Part shown: positions 16,743 through 25,782 of the stretch, piece after piece
Position numbering within the stretch: the first letter of the stretch is position 1
How the letters are laid out: every line of letters begins with the position of its first letter
Source of the DNA: Gemmata obscuriglobus
Lineage (GTDB): Bacteria > Planctomycetota > Planctomycetia > Gemmatales > Gemmataceae
Length of the DNA: 32,000 nt
Assembly (NCBI RefSeq): GCF_008065095.1
Contig: NZ_CP042911.1
Span: 7,440,001-7,472,000 of the forward strand
Direction: 5' to 3'
The notes under the pieces: generated by a model
Told to the model about the DNA's origin: nothing
The model's database searches: none
Seen by the model: only the letters and a program-made list of their open reading frames with translations
Translations under genes and position numbers: made by a program

Positions 16743-17900
16743 ATGGCTGAAAAGCGCTGCTTCTACGAGGTTCTGGGCGTCACCCGCACGGCCACCGAGG
16801 TGGAGATCACCAAGGCGTACCGGCAGCTCGCGAAACAGTACCACCCGGACCGCAACGTCGGGGACGACGAGGCGAAGGTGCGGTACGCCGAGGTGGACGA
16901 GGCGTACACGGTGCTCAACGACCCGAACCGGCGCGCCCGGTACGACCGTCACGGGCACGCCGGCGTCCAGGGCGGGGCGGCCGGCGCCGACGCGGGCGGG
17001 ATGGACCTCGGCGACCTGCTCGGGGACTTCCTGGGCGGGTTCTTCGGCGGCGGCGGGGGGGGCGGGCGCCGGTCCCGCGGCCCGCGCCGCGGCGAAAACA
17101 TCACCGCGGTGCTCGACCTCGACCTGCTCGAGGCCGCGACCGGGGTGAGCAAGACATTCACGGTGCCGTCGGAGCAGAACTGCCGCGAGTGCGGCGGCTC
17201 CGGCGCGAAGACCGGCACCCAGCCGGCGCAGTGCCGCCGGTGCCGCGGGCAGGGCTTCGAGGTCGTCAACACCGGGTTCGGGATCGCCACGCGGACCCGG
17301 TGCCGCGGGTGCAACGGTCGCGGGGTGGTTATCACCGACCCGTGCCCGGGGTGCCGCGGGGTGGGCCGCGTGGAGGCGCGCGAGCCGGTCACGGTCAACA
17401 TCCCCGCGGGGGTGGACACCGGGGTCCGGTTCACGTACCCGAACGGCGGCCACGCCGGCGAGCCCGGGGCGCCGCGGGGGGACCTCGAACTCGTGATCCG
17501 GGTGGCGGACCACAAGGTGTTCGAGCGCGACGGGCACAACCTGATCTGCCAGTGCCCGATCGGGTTCAGCCGGGCCGCCCTCGGCGGCTCGCTCGAGATC
17601 ACCACGCTGACGAACCAGAAGGTGACGATCGAGGTGCCGAAGGGCAGCCAGACGCACTCCACGGTCGTGCGCGTGCCGAGCCACGGGATGCCGTGGCTCG
17701 ACGACCCGCGCCGCAAGGGCGACCTGCTCGTGCAACTGGTGGTCGAAACCCCCACGAAGTTGACCGCGGAGCAAGAAGAACTGTTCCGCAAGCTCGCGGA
17801 ACTGGAAGGGGCGACCGTCCCAGGCCCGCGCAAGGGGATCTTCGGCAAATTGAAGGATCTTGTGAGCGGTGACGTCCCTCCAAAAGATGAGAAGAAGTGA
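16743..17900 (+). CDS. dnaJ: Molecular chaperone DnaJ
   Basis: J domain CFYEVLGVTRTATEVEITKAYRQLAKQYHPDRN. A G/F-rich linker follows. Four CxxCxGxG repeats are present (CRECGGSG, CRRCRGQG, CRGCNGRG, CPGCRGVG), followed by the C-terminal substrate-binding domains. Confidence 0.95.
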   Translation: MAEKRCFYEVLGVTRTATEVEITKAYRQLAKQYHPDRNVGDDEAKVRYAEVDEAYTVLNDPNRRARYDRHGHAGVQGGAAGADAGGMDLGDLLGDFLGGFFGGGGGGGRRSRGPRRGENITAVLDLDLLEAATGVSKTFTVPSEQNCRECGGSGAKTGTQPAQCRRCRGQGFEVVNTGFGIATRTRCRGCNGRGVVITDPCPGCRGVGRVEAREPVTVNIPAGVDTGVRFTYPNGGHAGEPGAPRGDLELVIRVADHKVFERDGHNLICQCPIGFSRAALGGSLEITTLTNQKVTIEVPKGSQTHSTVVRVPSHGMPWLDDPRRKGDLLVQLVVETPTKLTAEQEELFRKLAELEGATVPGPRKGIFGKLKDLVSGDVPPKDEKK

Positions 17901-17996
17901 GGTCAGAGGTCACGAGCCGTTTGTTCGCTGAAACGCTCGCCTCTTGACCTTTGTCTTCTGCCGGATTTTTGGTTTCCGTCCTTTGACCTCTGACCT
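17900..17996. repeat. AGGTCA/TGACCT half-site cluster between dnaJ and grpE (13-bp inverted repeat plus an extra copy)
   Basis: AGGTCAGAGGTCA at 17900-17912. Its reverse complement TGACCTCTGACCT is at 17984-17996. An additional TTGACCTTTG lies at 17944-17953. Confidence 0.55.
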
Positions 17997-18017
17997 TTGC
18001 TGTCTCGGGATCTCACG

Positions 18018-18536
18018 ATGGCCGACGAAACACCTGCCGACGCGACCACCGAACCGACCCCGGCCGCCGATGCCGCGGAACTCGTTGCGGTGCGGGCCAG
18101 ACTTGAGGCCAGCGAGGCCGAACTGAGCAACTACAAGCTCAAGCTCGCGGACTTCGAAAACACCCGCAAGCGCCTGCTCCGCGACGCCGAAACGGACCGG
18201 AAGTACGCCGCCGAGGGCGTGATGCGCGACCTGCTGCCCGCGCTCGACAACCTCGACCGCGCGGTGGAGGCGGCGAAGCGGGCCGGCGACACCGGCCCCC
18301 TGGCGGTCGGCGTGGCCGCCACCTACACCCAGTTCCTCGACGCGCTGAAGCGGCACGGGGTGCTGCGCATCGTGTGCGAGCCGGGGAGCCCGTTCGACCC
18401 GAACAAGCACGAAGCGGTGATGAAGCAGCCGGGCACCGAATTCCCGCCCGACAGCGTCGTGCAGGTGCTCCAGCACGGGTTCACGCTCCACGAGCGCGTC
18501 CTGCGGCCGACCACCGTGATGGTGGCGTCGGAGTAG
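18018..18536 (+). CDS. grpE: Nucleotide exchange factor GrpE
   Basis: ...YKLKLADFENTRKRLLRDAETDRKYAAEGVMRDLLPALDNLDRAV...GVLRIVCEPGSPFDPNKHEAVMKQP...VVQVLQHGFTLHERVLRPTTVMVA. Confidence 0.93.
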   Translation: MADETPADATTEPTPAADAAELVAVRARLEASEAELSNYKLKLADFENTRKRLLRDAETDRKYAAEGVMRDLLPALDNLDRAVEAAKRAGDTGPLAVGVAATYTQFLDALKRHGVLRIVCEPGSPFDPNKHEAVMKQPGTEFPPDSVVQVLQHGFTLHERVLRPTTVMVASE

Positions 18537-18546
18537 TTCGCCGCTC

Positions 18547-18577
18547 CGGGTTCCAAGCCCCAAGTTGTTGGAACCCG
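18547..18577 (+). terminator. 10-bp hairpin after grpE (CGGGTTCCAA / TTGGAACCCG)
   Basis: Perfect 10-bp stem with an 11-nt loop, 11 nt after the grpE stop. An overlapping alternative pairs CCCCAAGTTG with CAACTTGGGG. This is a weak call. Confidence 0.3.
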
Positions 18578-18630
18578 TCCGGCACTGTTGTTCTCAACTT
18601 GGGGATCGGAACCCGGACCTCGGAACCGCG

Positions 18631-18963
18631 ATGCCTACCTACGACTACCGCTGTAACGCGTGCGGGCACACGTTCGACGAACTCCAAAAGTTCTCCGACC
18701 CGCCGCTGACCAAGTGCCCCGCGTGCAAGAAGAACAAGCTCGAGCGGCTGTTCGGCGGGGGCGGCGCAATCATCTTCAAGGGCGGCGGGTTCTACGAGAC
18801 GGACTACCGCCGGGCGGGTCAAAAGTCCGAGAGCGGCGAATCCGGCGGGGGTGAGGCGGCGAAGGAAACCAAGAGCGAAACCCCGGCGGCCGACAGCACG
18901 CCGAAGACCGAAACGAAGAGCGAAAGCAAGGGCACCGGCGGCGCGAAGAAGAAGGATAAGTGA
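18631..18963 (+). CDS. FmdB family zinc-ribbon protein (CxxC-CxxC) with Lys/Glu/Ser-rich tail
   Basis: MPTYDYRCNACGHTFDELQKFSDPPLTKCPACKKNKLERLF is the canonical TIGR02605-type N-terminus. Confidence 0.9.
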   Translation: MPTYDYRCNACGHTFDELQKFSDPPLTKCPACKKNKLERLFGGGGAIIFKGGGFYETDYRRAGQKSESGESGGGEAAKETKSETPAADSTPKTETKSESKGTGGAKKKDK

Positions 18964-19024
18964 GCGGGGCTCCGGTCGTCCGGGTTGTTGGGATAATTTC
19001 CGAAGTCGCGACAGGGCGGAGCCG

Positions 19025-19213
19025 ATGAATAAGGTGCAATGTCCGATCTGTGACGCGGCAATGCCGGGGAACTGGCAGGAGTATCCCGACTACCCGTTCT
19101 GCACGGCCCGGTGTCGCAAGATCGATCTGGGGCGGTGGCTCGACGGCAAGTACCGCGTGCCCGATCCGACTTCGGCCGACGCCCCGGTATCGTCGCAAGA
19201 TGACGCCGACTGA
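19025..19213 (+). CDS. yacG: DNA gyrase inhibitor YacG (zinc finger)
   Basis: MNKVQCPICDAAMPG...YPFCTARCRKIDLGRWLDGKYRVP matches the YacG pattern CPxC...PFCSxRCxxxDLGxW...Y.IP. Confidence 0.85.
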   Translation: MNKVQCPICDAAMPGNWQEYPDYPFCTARCRKIDLGRWLDGKYRVPDPTSADAPVSSQDDAD

Positions 19214-19265
19214 CCCGCTGGCTGCTCTGACGGCCGATCCTCCGGCCGATTTTCGATAGATAACA

Positions 19266-19312
19266 CCGAAGGCCGGGCGTCGCGACGCCCGGCCTTCGGC
19301 GCTTTTCGCTTC
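19266..19312 (+). terminator. Canonical intrinsic terminator after yacG
   Basis: The perfect palindrome CCGAAGGCCGGGCGTCGCGACGCCCGGCCTTCGG (19266-19299) is followed by gcttttcgcttc. Confidence 0.8.
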
Positions 19313-19403
19313 ACAATCATGCGACCACACCAGTAAGGCGGCACTCCGCTGCGAACGCGGCCGAGCCGGTCGCGTTCCACAGATACACGTACCCGGTAAT
19401 ATT

Positions 19404-19488
19404 GTCGCTTTCTTGACGAGCCGCGACCGCCAGGGAGCGGGATACGTGGCACCGCTCCCTGGCGGTCGCGGCTCGTCAAGAAAGCGAC
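19404..19488. repeat. 37-bp perfect inverted repeat (foldback) with 11-nt loop in the yacG / NYN intergenic region
   Basis: GTCGCTTTCTTGACGAGCCGCGACCGCCAGGGAGCGG at 19404-19440, loop gatacgtggca, then the exact reverse complement at 19452-19488. It extends to 38 bp with the T19403/A19489 pair. Confidence 0.9.
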
Positions 19489-19572
19489 ACCGCGGGTGGG
19501 TTCGTGTAAGAGAAGAACGGACCGCGGAGAACGCCTCGGGAGCGGTCGCGCTCCGCAGGGAAGGCCGGTTCA

Positions 19573-19581
19573 TGATATAAT
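19573..19581 (+). promoter_or_regulatory. Candidate extended -10 promoter element (TGaTATAAT) for the NYN-domain gene
   Basis: A perfect TATAAT at 19576-19581 has TG at 19573-19574, 33 nt upstream of GTG 19614. No good -35 element is present. Confidence 0.3.
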
Positions 19582-19613
19582 CACATCACGTTCATTACTT
19601 GGGCAGGTGTGCC

Positions 19614-20135
19614 GTGACGTTCCTCATCGACGGTTACAACCTGATGTTCGCCCTCGGGCTCGTGGGCCGCAAGACGCCGGCGCCGCAGTTCGAACGCGCC
19701 CGCACCAAGTTCCTCGACTGGCTGGCGAGCAGATTGAAGGGCCGCATTGCGAGCGCCCGCGTCGTGTTCGACGCGCAGCAGGCCCCCGCCCCGTCGCTCG
19801 AAATGGTTCACCGCGGGGTGCGGGTCCGGTTCGCCTACCAGCGCACCGCGGACGACGTGATTGAAGAGCTGGTCGAGGTGGAGCCGAAGCCCCGGACCGT
19901 GACGGTCGTTTCGAACGACGCCCGCATCGCCGACGCCGCGCGCCGGGCCGGGTGCGGCGTCGCGTCGTGCCAGGAGTTCACCGACTGGCTCATCAGCGAA
20001 GCGAAGGAGTACGGCGCGAAGAAGGGAACCGCACCGGAGCCCGATAAACCCGAACCGGCCGAAGAAGACACGGACGAACTGCTCCGCGTGTTCACGACCC
20101 CGGCGAGCCACAAGCCCGCGGGTCACAAACCGTGA
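19614..20135 (+). CDS. NYN domain protein (YacP/Rae1-like putative RNase)
   Basis: (V)TFLIDGYNLMFALGL...VVFDAQ...TADDVIEELV...VTVVSNDARIADAARRAGC follows the YacP-like pattern. The start is either GTG 19614 or TTG 19599. Confidence 0.8.
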   Translation: MTFLIDGYNLMFALGLVGRKTPAPQFERARTKFLDWLASRLKGRIASARVVFDAQQAPAPSLEMVHRGVRVRFAYQRTADDVIEELVEVEPKPRTVTVVSNDARIADAARRAGCGVASCQEFTDWLISEAKEYGAKKGTAPEPDKPEPAEEDTDELLRVFTTPASHKPAGHKP

Positions 20136-20172
20136 GCACCGCCCTGCGGACCGAAAGGCCGAATCACACTCT

Positions 20173-21729
20173 TCAGACTTGAGGTTCTGCGGGAGGCGGG
20201 TCGCGAAACGGCTTGCCCTCGCGGTAAAGCGTGAGCCGCGATTCGTAATCGGCTTTGCTCGCCTCCGGCGCGAGTTCGACTGCCTTTTCCTGCCACGTCG
20301 CGGCCTCCTCGAACCGGCCCAGCTCCGCGTAGGCCGCCGCGAGCGTGTCCACGTACCCCGGCGCCTCGTGGTTCGTCAGCTCGCACGCGCGAAGGGCGTC
20401 ACGCAGCGCGGCCGCGCCGTCGCGCAGGTCGTCCTGCGAACACGTCGCGCGGATCCAGGCGAGGTGGTTCAGCGTGGCCGCGTCGTCGGGGTCGATCTCG
20501 AACGCTTTCTGGTGGTCCTCCAGCGCTCCGACGAGGTCGCCGATCTGGTGCCGCAGCGAGGCACGCAGGTTGTACGCCGAGTCCGATTGCGGGTTGCGCT
20601 CGATCACCGCGGACGCGTCCGCCACGGCCGCGTGGAGGTCACCTTTGCGGCGGTTGGCGAGCGCCCGGCCGAAGTACGGCCGCCCGCTGTCCGGCCGCAG
20701 GTCGATGGCCCGGGTGAAGTCCGCGACCGCCCGGTCCGCCTCGCGCAGCTCGTGGAACGCGTACCCGCGCTGGACGTAGGCCGCGGGGTCGTCCGGCGCC
20801 AGCTCGATCGACTTCGTGAAGTCGTCGATCGCCGCTTGCGTGTCGCGCGTGCGGGTGTGCGACAGCCCGCGGTTGAACCACGGGGCCACGTCGTTCGGAT
20901 CGATCGCGATGGCCCGCGTGAAGTCGGCAACGGCCTTCGCGTGCTCGCCGAGTTCCGCGTGCGACACGCCCCGCAGGTTGAGCGCGTCGGCGTGCTTCGG
21001 GTCCAGTTTCAGGAGCCAGGTGAAGTCGGCGACGGCCTTTTCGTGCTCGTCGCACGCCGCGTACACCCGCGCCCGCTGCCAGAACGCCTCCGCGCTGGTC
21101 GGCTGGAGCCGCAGCGCGGTGCTCAGGTCGGTCAGCGCCTCGGCGGTGCGGTCGAGGGCCTCGAGCGACATCGCACGGTACAGGTACGCGCGGGCGCTCC
21201 GCGGGCTGATGCGGAGCGCGGCGGTGTAATCGGTGACGGCGTCCTCGTGCTTGTTGAGCGACGAGTGCGCGTTGGCGCGGTTGAAGAACACGCGGAACGT
21301 GTCGGGGGCCAGCTTCGCGGCGGTCTCGTAGTCGGCGAACGCCGCGTCGAAGTTCTTCTGGCGGCTGTACACCGCCGCGCGGCCGTTGATCGCGTCGGGG
21401 TCCTCGGGGTCGAGTTCGACGGCCCGGGTGTAGTCGGCCAGGGCCGCGTCCAGGTCGCCGGCGTCCACGTGCGCGGTGGCGCGGTTGTGGTACGCCTCCG
21501 CGTAGTCCGGGCGCAGCTCGACGGCCTGGGTGAAGTCCGCGACCGCCTCGGCGTGCCGCCCGGCGGCGGCGTAGGCGTTGCCGCGGTGGAAGTACAGCTC
21601 GGCGTCGGCCGGCTCAAGGTCGATGGCGGCGGAGAACGCCTCCAGCGCCTTGGGGTACTCGGCGCGGCGCGTGTAGGCGTGGGCGCGGCGGACGAGGTTC
21701 GACAATTCCGACGGCTGATCGGTTCCCAT
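20173..21729 (-). CDS. Tetratricopeptide repeat protein (about 14 tandem TPRs)
   Basis: Regular 34-aa periodicity throughout: A..DF..AI.L.P..A.A...RG.A....G....A..D...A..L.P. Confidence 0.9.
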   Translation of the reverse strand: MGTDQPSELSNLVRRAHAYTRRAEYPKALEAFSAAIDLEPADAELYFHRGNAYAAAGRHAEAVADFTQAVELRPDYAEAYHNRATAHVDAGDLDAALADYTRAVELDPEDPDAINGRAAVYSRQKNFDAAFADYETAAKLAPDTFRVFFNRANAHSSLNKHEDAVTDYTAALRISPRSARAYLYRAMSLEALDRTAEALTDLSTALRLQPTSAEAFWQRARVYAACDEHEKAVADFTWLLKLDPKHADALNLRGVSHAELGEHAKAVADFTRAIAIDPNDVAPWFNRGLSHTRTRDTQAAIDDFTKSIELAPDDPAAYVQRGYAFHELREADRAVADFTRAIDLRPDSGRPYFGRALANRRKGDLHAAVADASAVIERNPQSDSAYNLRASLRHQIGDLVGALEDHQKAFEIDPDDAATLNHLAWIRATCSQDDLRDGAAALRDALRACELTNHEAPGYVDTLAAAYAELGRFEEAATWQEKAVELAPEASKADYESRLTLYREGKPFRDPPPAEPQV

Positions 21730-21777
21730 GCGGCCATTATACCGGTACGGGCCGGGCGGGGGGACGCCGGTAGCGGT

Positions 21778-23175
<1,398 letters not shown>

Positions 23176-23217
23176 CGCGTCGGTTCCCGGCTGGGGTGGT
23201 TCGGAGCTATCGGAATC

Positions 23218-23338
23218 CAGCAGTTTCAGGTTCCAGGTTCCAAATTCCACGCAAAGCCCAACGCCACGCGAATGGCCCGGAGCTTGCGCCGAACGGGTTC
23301 TCAACCTGGAAACTGGAACTTGGAACCTGGAACTACTG
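23218..23338. repeat. Imperfect inverted pair of GGTTCCA-type heptamer arrays in the divergent regulator / DUF3500 intergenic region
   Basis: Arm 1 is 23218-23251, CAGCAGTTTCAGGTTCCAGGTTCCAAATTCCACG. Arm 2 is 23305-23338, CCTGGAAACTGGAACTTGGAACCTGGAACTACTG. They are complementary at 28/34 positions, with a 53-nt spacer. Confidence 0.75.
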
Positions 23339-23416
23339 AGATCAGTTTAGCAGTGCTTCCGGTCCCCGCACCGCTTAACATGTCGAGGGCCTACCTCAGT
23401 CAGGAGCCTCTCACCC

Positions 23417-24454
23417 ATGACCCGCGTCCGCATTCCCGTTCTGATCCTCACACTGGCCGCGGTGGCCGGCGTGGCACTCGTCGGCACCTCCGCCCCGGAG
23501 GCGACCGGCGGGAAGATGACCGCGTCCGCCAACGCGTTTCTGGCGTCGCTCACCCCCGAACTCAAAACCAAGGCCCGCTTCGACTTCAACGACAAGCACC
23601 GCACGGCGTGGTTCTTCACCCCGCAACAGGACAAGGAGAAGAAGTTCACCCGCAAGGGCGCGCGGCTCGAAGAGATGACCGCGGACCAGAAGAAGGCCGC
23701 CCTGGCGCTGCTGCGGTCCGGCCTCTCGGCGAAGGGGTACGAGCAGGCCACCACGATCATCGACCTCGAGAACCTGCTGCTCGAACTCGAGGGGCCGAAG
23801 GGCGCGATGACCCGCAACAGCAACTGGTACTTCGTAAGCATCTTCGGCGAGCCGTCGAGTACCGGGAAGTGGGGGTGGCGGTTCGAGGGGCACCACCTGT
23901 CGGTGAACTACACGATCGACAAGGGGGAGGTGGTGGCCGGCGCCCCGATCCTGTTCGCGAGCAACCCCGCGGAGGTGAAAGCCGGCCCGAAGAAGGGCCT
24001 GCGCCCGCTGCCCGAAATCGAGGACCACGCCCGCGCGCTCATCAGCTCGCTGAAGGACGACCAGAACAAGCTCGCGAAGCAGCCGAAAGCGTTCCCGGAA
24101 ATTAACGAGGGGCAGCCGAAGGCGAACGTGGGCGCGCCGGTGGGGATCACCGCCGACAAACTCGCCGCCGAACAGAAGGCGACACTGCTGAAACTCGTGA
24201 CGGCGTACGCGGACCGGATGCCGGAGGAGTTCGCGGCGGCCGAGATCAAGAAGGTGACCGGCACGCCCGACGAGAAGCTGTACTTCGCGTACAGCGGCGG
24301 CCCGAAGCCGGGCGAGCCGTACACCTACCGCGTACAGGGTCCGGAGTTCGTGGTAGAGTTCCTGAACGTGCAAGCCGACAGCGCGAAGACCCCGGCGAAC
24401 CACATCCACAGCGCCTGGCGCCGGCTCCCGATCGACTTCGGGCTGACGGAATAA
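23417..24454 (+). CDS. DUF3500 domain protein (secreted)
   Basis: Signal peptide MTRVRIPVLILTLAAVAGVALVG. Motifs WGWRFEGHHLSVNYT and NHIHSAWRRLPIDFG are characteristic of DUF3500. Confidence 0.85.
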   Translation: MTRVRIPVLILTLAAVAGVALVGTSAPEATGGKMTASANAFLASLTPELKTKARFDFNDKHRTAWFFTPQQDKEKKFTRKGARLEEMTADQKKAALALLRSGLSAKGYEQATTIIDLENLLLELEGPKGAMTRNSNWYFVSIFGEPSSTGKWGWRFEGHHLSVNYTIDKGEVVAGAPILFASNPAEVKAGPKKGLRPLPEIEDHARALISSLKDDQNKLAKQPKAFPEINEGQPKANVGAPVGITADKLAAEQKATLLKLVTAYADRMPEEFAAAEIKKVTGTPDEKLYFAYSGGPKPGEPYTYRVQGPEFVVEFLNVQADSAKTPANHIHSAWRRLPIDFGLTE

Positions 24455-24460
24455 CGCATT

Positions 24461-24523
24461 CCGCGCACCGGGCCGCCGCGGGCGTTCCTCCAAGTGGAAC
24501 GCCCGCGGCGGCCCGGTGCGCGG
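24461..24523. terminator. 28-bp perfect-stem hairpin between convergent genes (bidirectional terminator candidate)
   Basis: CCGCGCACCGGGCCGCCGCGGGCGTTCC (24461-24488), loop tccaagt, then the exact reverse complement at 24496-24523. No U-tract follows. Confidence 0.55.
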
Positions 24524-24547
24524 ACACGAACACGCAATGGCGTCGCG

Positions 24548-24865
24548 TCACGGACCCGTGACTCGCGGGCGCCACGTGCTCGGTGCCGGGGACGAGTAGT
24601 AGTACCGCCCCGGGTACGCCGAGCGGTACGAATACGGCGCAGCATAACCGAACGGCGAGTAGTAAGCGGGCGGAGGTGCCGGGAACGCCGTGATGACACC
24701 GTTGCTGAACAGCAATCCGTTGTAGAACGGCGGGGTGTCGGCGACGTAGAATCCCGGAGGAGAGGGTATGTTTCCGTTGTAAACGACGATCTGAGCTGAA
24801 GCGGACCGGGCGCTGGCCGTTGCAAGCGCAAGGGCGGCCGTGAAAGTTAGGAGAATGCGAGTCAT
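24548..24865 (-). CDS. Small secreted Tyr/Pro-rich protein
   Basis: Signal peptide MTRILLTFTAALALATASARSASA. The mature part is rich in Y/P (PPFYNG, PPPAYYSPFGYAAPYSYRSAYPGRYYY). An AGGAAG Shine-Dalgarno sequence lies about 8 nt upstream. Confidence 0.55.
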   Translation of the reverse strand: MTRILLTFTAALALATASARSASAQIVVYNGNIPSPPGFYVADTPPFYNGLLFSNGVITAFPAPPPAYYSPFGYAAPYSYRSAYPGRYYYSSPAPSTWRPRVTGP

Positions 24866-25008
24866 GGGTGCTCACTTCCTTGGGCGATAATTGGGCATAA
24901 GGATGTGAAGCATCTCTTGTTCCGCTCACCGGCGACCCGTTTTCCGAGTACCGCAGCCCGGCGCGCTGGCGCCCGGCGCAATCGAAACAACCGGAGCAAT
25001 CCGGCCGA

Positions 25009-25683
25009 TCAGCGGTCGATGGTTTTCATGCTCGCCTCCGAGTACCGTTCGCCCGCAACCGCATCCGTTGGGACCGCCGCACTCAACTCCGCTACTTCCG
25101 CTGGCTGCAACCGCACCGCCGCAGCCGCGGCGTTCTCCTCCAGGTACTTGCGCCGCTTTGTCCCGGGAATGGGAACGACATCGTCGCCCTGGGCGAGCAC
25201 CCACGCCAGCGCGAGCTGACCCGCCGTGACGCCCTTTCGTGCCGCGATCGCTTTCACCCGCTCCACCAGCGCGAGGTTTTGGTCGAACGCGGCGCCCGCG
25301 AACCGCGGGAACCGCTGGGACCGGGCGTCCCCGCTGTCGAGGTCCGTCGGTTTAGTGATGGCGCCGGTCAGGAACCCGCGGCCCAGCGGGCTGTACGCCA
25401 CGAACGCGATGCCCAACTCGCGAAGCGTCGGCAGGATGTCGTGTTCCACGTCCCGCGACCACAGCGAGTATTCGCTCTGAAGCGCGGTGATCGGGTGGAC
25501 CCGGTGTGCCCGGCGGATCGTGGCCGCGGACGCTTCCGACAGCCCCAGGTAGCGGACCTTCCCGGCCTTCACCAGCTCGGCCATCGCGCCGACGGTGTCC
25601 TCGATCGGGGTGTTCGGGTCCACGCGGTGCTGATAGTACAGGTCGATGTGATCCAACCCGAGTCGATGGAGCGAGTCGTCGCA
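25009..25683 (-). pseudogene. Aldo/keto reductase, C-terminal two-thirds (gene split by IS insertion)
   Basis: ...[80 protein letters not shown]...[15 protein letters not shown]... The frame joins exactly to 27417..27743 once the IS and one TSD copy are removed. Confidence 0.9.
25675..25683. repeat. Target-site duplication, left copy (GTCGTCGCA)
   Basis: Identical 9-mer at 27417-27425, each immediately outside a TIR. Confidence 0.85.
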
Positions 25684-25702
25684 GAGGTCACGCCACGGTT
25701 TG
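25684..25702. repeat. IS left terminal inverted repeat
   Basis: GAGGTCACGCCACGGTTTG; exact reverse complement of 27398-27416. Confidence 0.9.
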
Positions 25703-25782
25703 CAGTAGGCCTTGCGGTCCTCGGGGCACGGGATAGGAAAAGCGCGGGGCGATTTCGCCGCAACTCTCGTGCGGGGCGAGTC

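Noticed and set aside
17055-17062. G8 homopolymer inside dnaJ as a possible phase-variation site
   Set aside because: It simply encodes the poly-Gly part of the G/F linker (GGGGGG), which is common in high-GC dnaJ genes. There is no evidence of an alternative frame.
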